19,161 bases of DNA from Candidatus Hydrothermarchaeota archaeon (GTDB lineage Archaea > CAYFZR01), in contig JBHIEG010000029.1 in assembly GCA_046760505.1 (NCBI GenBank), forward strand, positions 1-19,161, given 5' to 3'. The notes below the pieces were generated by a model, which did no database searches, was not told where the DNA came from, and saw nothing but the letters and a program-made list of their open reading frames with translations. Position 1 is the first letter of the stretch, and each line of letters opens with the position of its first letter. Positions 18,510 to 19,161 of the stretch are shown one piece after another. The position numbers and the translations under genes are program-made.

Positions 18510-18596
18510 GCCATCCTCTCAGTCTTATGATGGGAATAATAATATAAAATTATGTTGAGAAATTACCTATACTATTAAATTTCCCTATTTCTTGGA

Positions 18597-18824
18597 ATGG
18601 TTTTAAGATATCTAAAGTTCCTAAAAAACCAAGACTGGCCGGTAACGACCGAAATGGTTGCCAAAGAGGTTAAAATACCCTGGAACACAGCTCAGATCCA
18701 TCTTCTGAAATTAACATCTGAAGGATTAGTGAAAGGAAAGAAGGTCGGAAGGCAGAACCAGTGGATTATCACAAGAAAAGGCAAAAGTTTAATGGAAGAA
18801 GATTCAGCAAAGCATTCGTTTTAG
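18597..18824 (+). CDS. Small winged-helix DNA-binding protein (putative regulator/antitoxin)
   Basis: 75 aa, basic, with a helix-turn-helix-like pattern (TTEMVAKEVKIPWNTAQIHLLKLTSEGLVKGKKVGRQNQW). It is divergent from the cytochrome gene and 40 nt upstream of the toxin-like ORF. Confidence 0.5.
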   Translation: MVLRYLKFLKNQDWPVTTEMVAKEVKIPWNTAQIHLLKLTSEGLVKGKKVGRQNQWIITRKGKSLMEEDSAKHSF

Positions 18825-18864
18825 AATAAGTAATTAAATATAAATTCCATCTCTAATCATATAC

Positions 18865-19161
18865 ATGGTTATTTTTAATGTTAAATCAAGGTTGGAAAGG
18901 AAGATTAGGCTCACAGAAGTTCAATGGGCACATACAAGAACTAGGCACAAAGAAATGGACGTGCAAACTCGAAAAATGATATTGACCCTGGAAGAACCTG
19001 ACCTTGTTTACCATTCACCTAAAGAGGAAAACTACCATTACTACAAGTTATTTAGGGAAACTCCTATAAGTGAAAAGTATTTATTGTTAATCGCTAAACA
19101 TTTAAATGGAGAGGGATTTGTAATTACAGCTTTCTTCGTTTCGAAAATAAGGGAGAAAGAT
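18865..19161 (+). CDS. DUF4258-like small toxin-type protein, partial (runs off window end)
   Basis: Open frame from ATG 18865 (or 18877) to the window edge. It is not in the ORF track because no stop lies within the window. The pattern ...RLTEVQWAHTRTRHKE...LLLIAKHLNGEGFVITAFF resembles the HA-motif/VITAY DUF4258 family. Confidence 0.4.
   Translation, partial: MVIFNVKSRLERKIRLTEVQWAHTRTRHKEMDVQTRKMILTLEEPDLVYHSPKEENYHYYKLFRETPISEKYLLLIAKHLNGEGFVITAFFVSKIREKD

Noticed and set aside
1-19161. tRNA, rRNA or CRISPR arrays
   Set aside because: No T-arm-like GTTCRANYC cores with acceptor complementarity were found in intergenic regions. No regularly spaced repeats were found apart from the tbp intragenic pair.

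Overview
AT-rich, very compact archaeal chromosome segment (TATA-box promoters, Shine-Dalgarno GGAGG motifs, frequent GTG/TTG starts, convergent genes 0-1 nt apart). Most of it is core housekeeping on both strands. The minus strand carries a DUF116 membrane protein translationally coupled to the TATA-binding protein, then a GalT-family nucleotidyltransferase. The plus strand carries a eukaryote-type (GT3) glycogen synthase, a LeuA/CimA-family synthase, stomatin, isoleucyl-tRNA synthetase and an MptE/DUF115-like protein. A TtuA-like tRNA thiolation ATPase (minus strand) follows. After it come a 425-bp non-coding gap, two uncharacterised plus-strand ORFs, a pdxS-pdxT-guaAA cluster, MBF1 and the proteasome-activating nucleotidase PAN. 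The 3' end (about 17.3-19.2 kb) looks different. It holds a textbook C/D box sRNA in the PAN 3' region, a truncated tyrosine-integrase remnant and a secreted bis-His decaheme c-type cytochrome. Beyond those lie a small winged-helix protein and a DUF4258-like toxin-type ORF that runs off the window, so this end may be an acquired element. Two conserved genes (tbp and the mptE-like gene) have coding-like N-terminal extensions with no ATG, GTG or TTG start. TBP appears to start at an ATA codon 10 nt downstream of a GGAGG. No tRNA, rRNA or CRISPR array was found.
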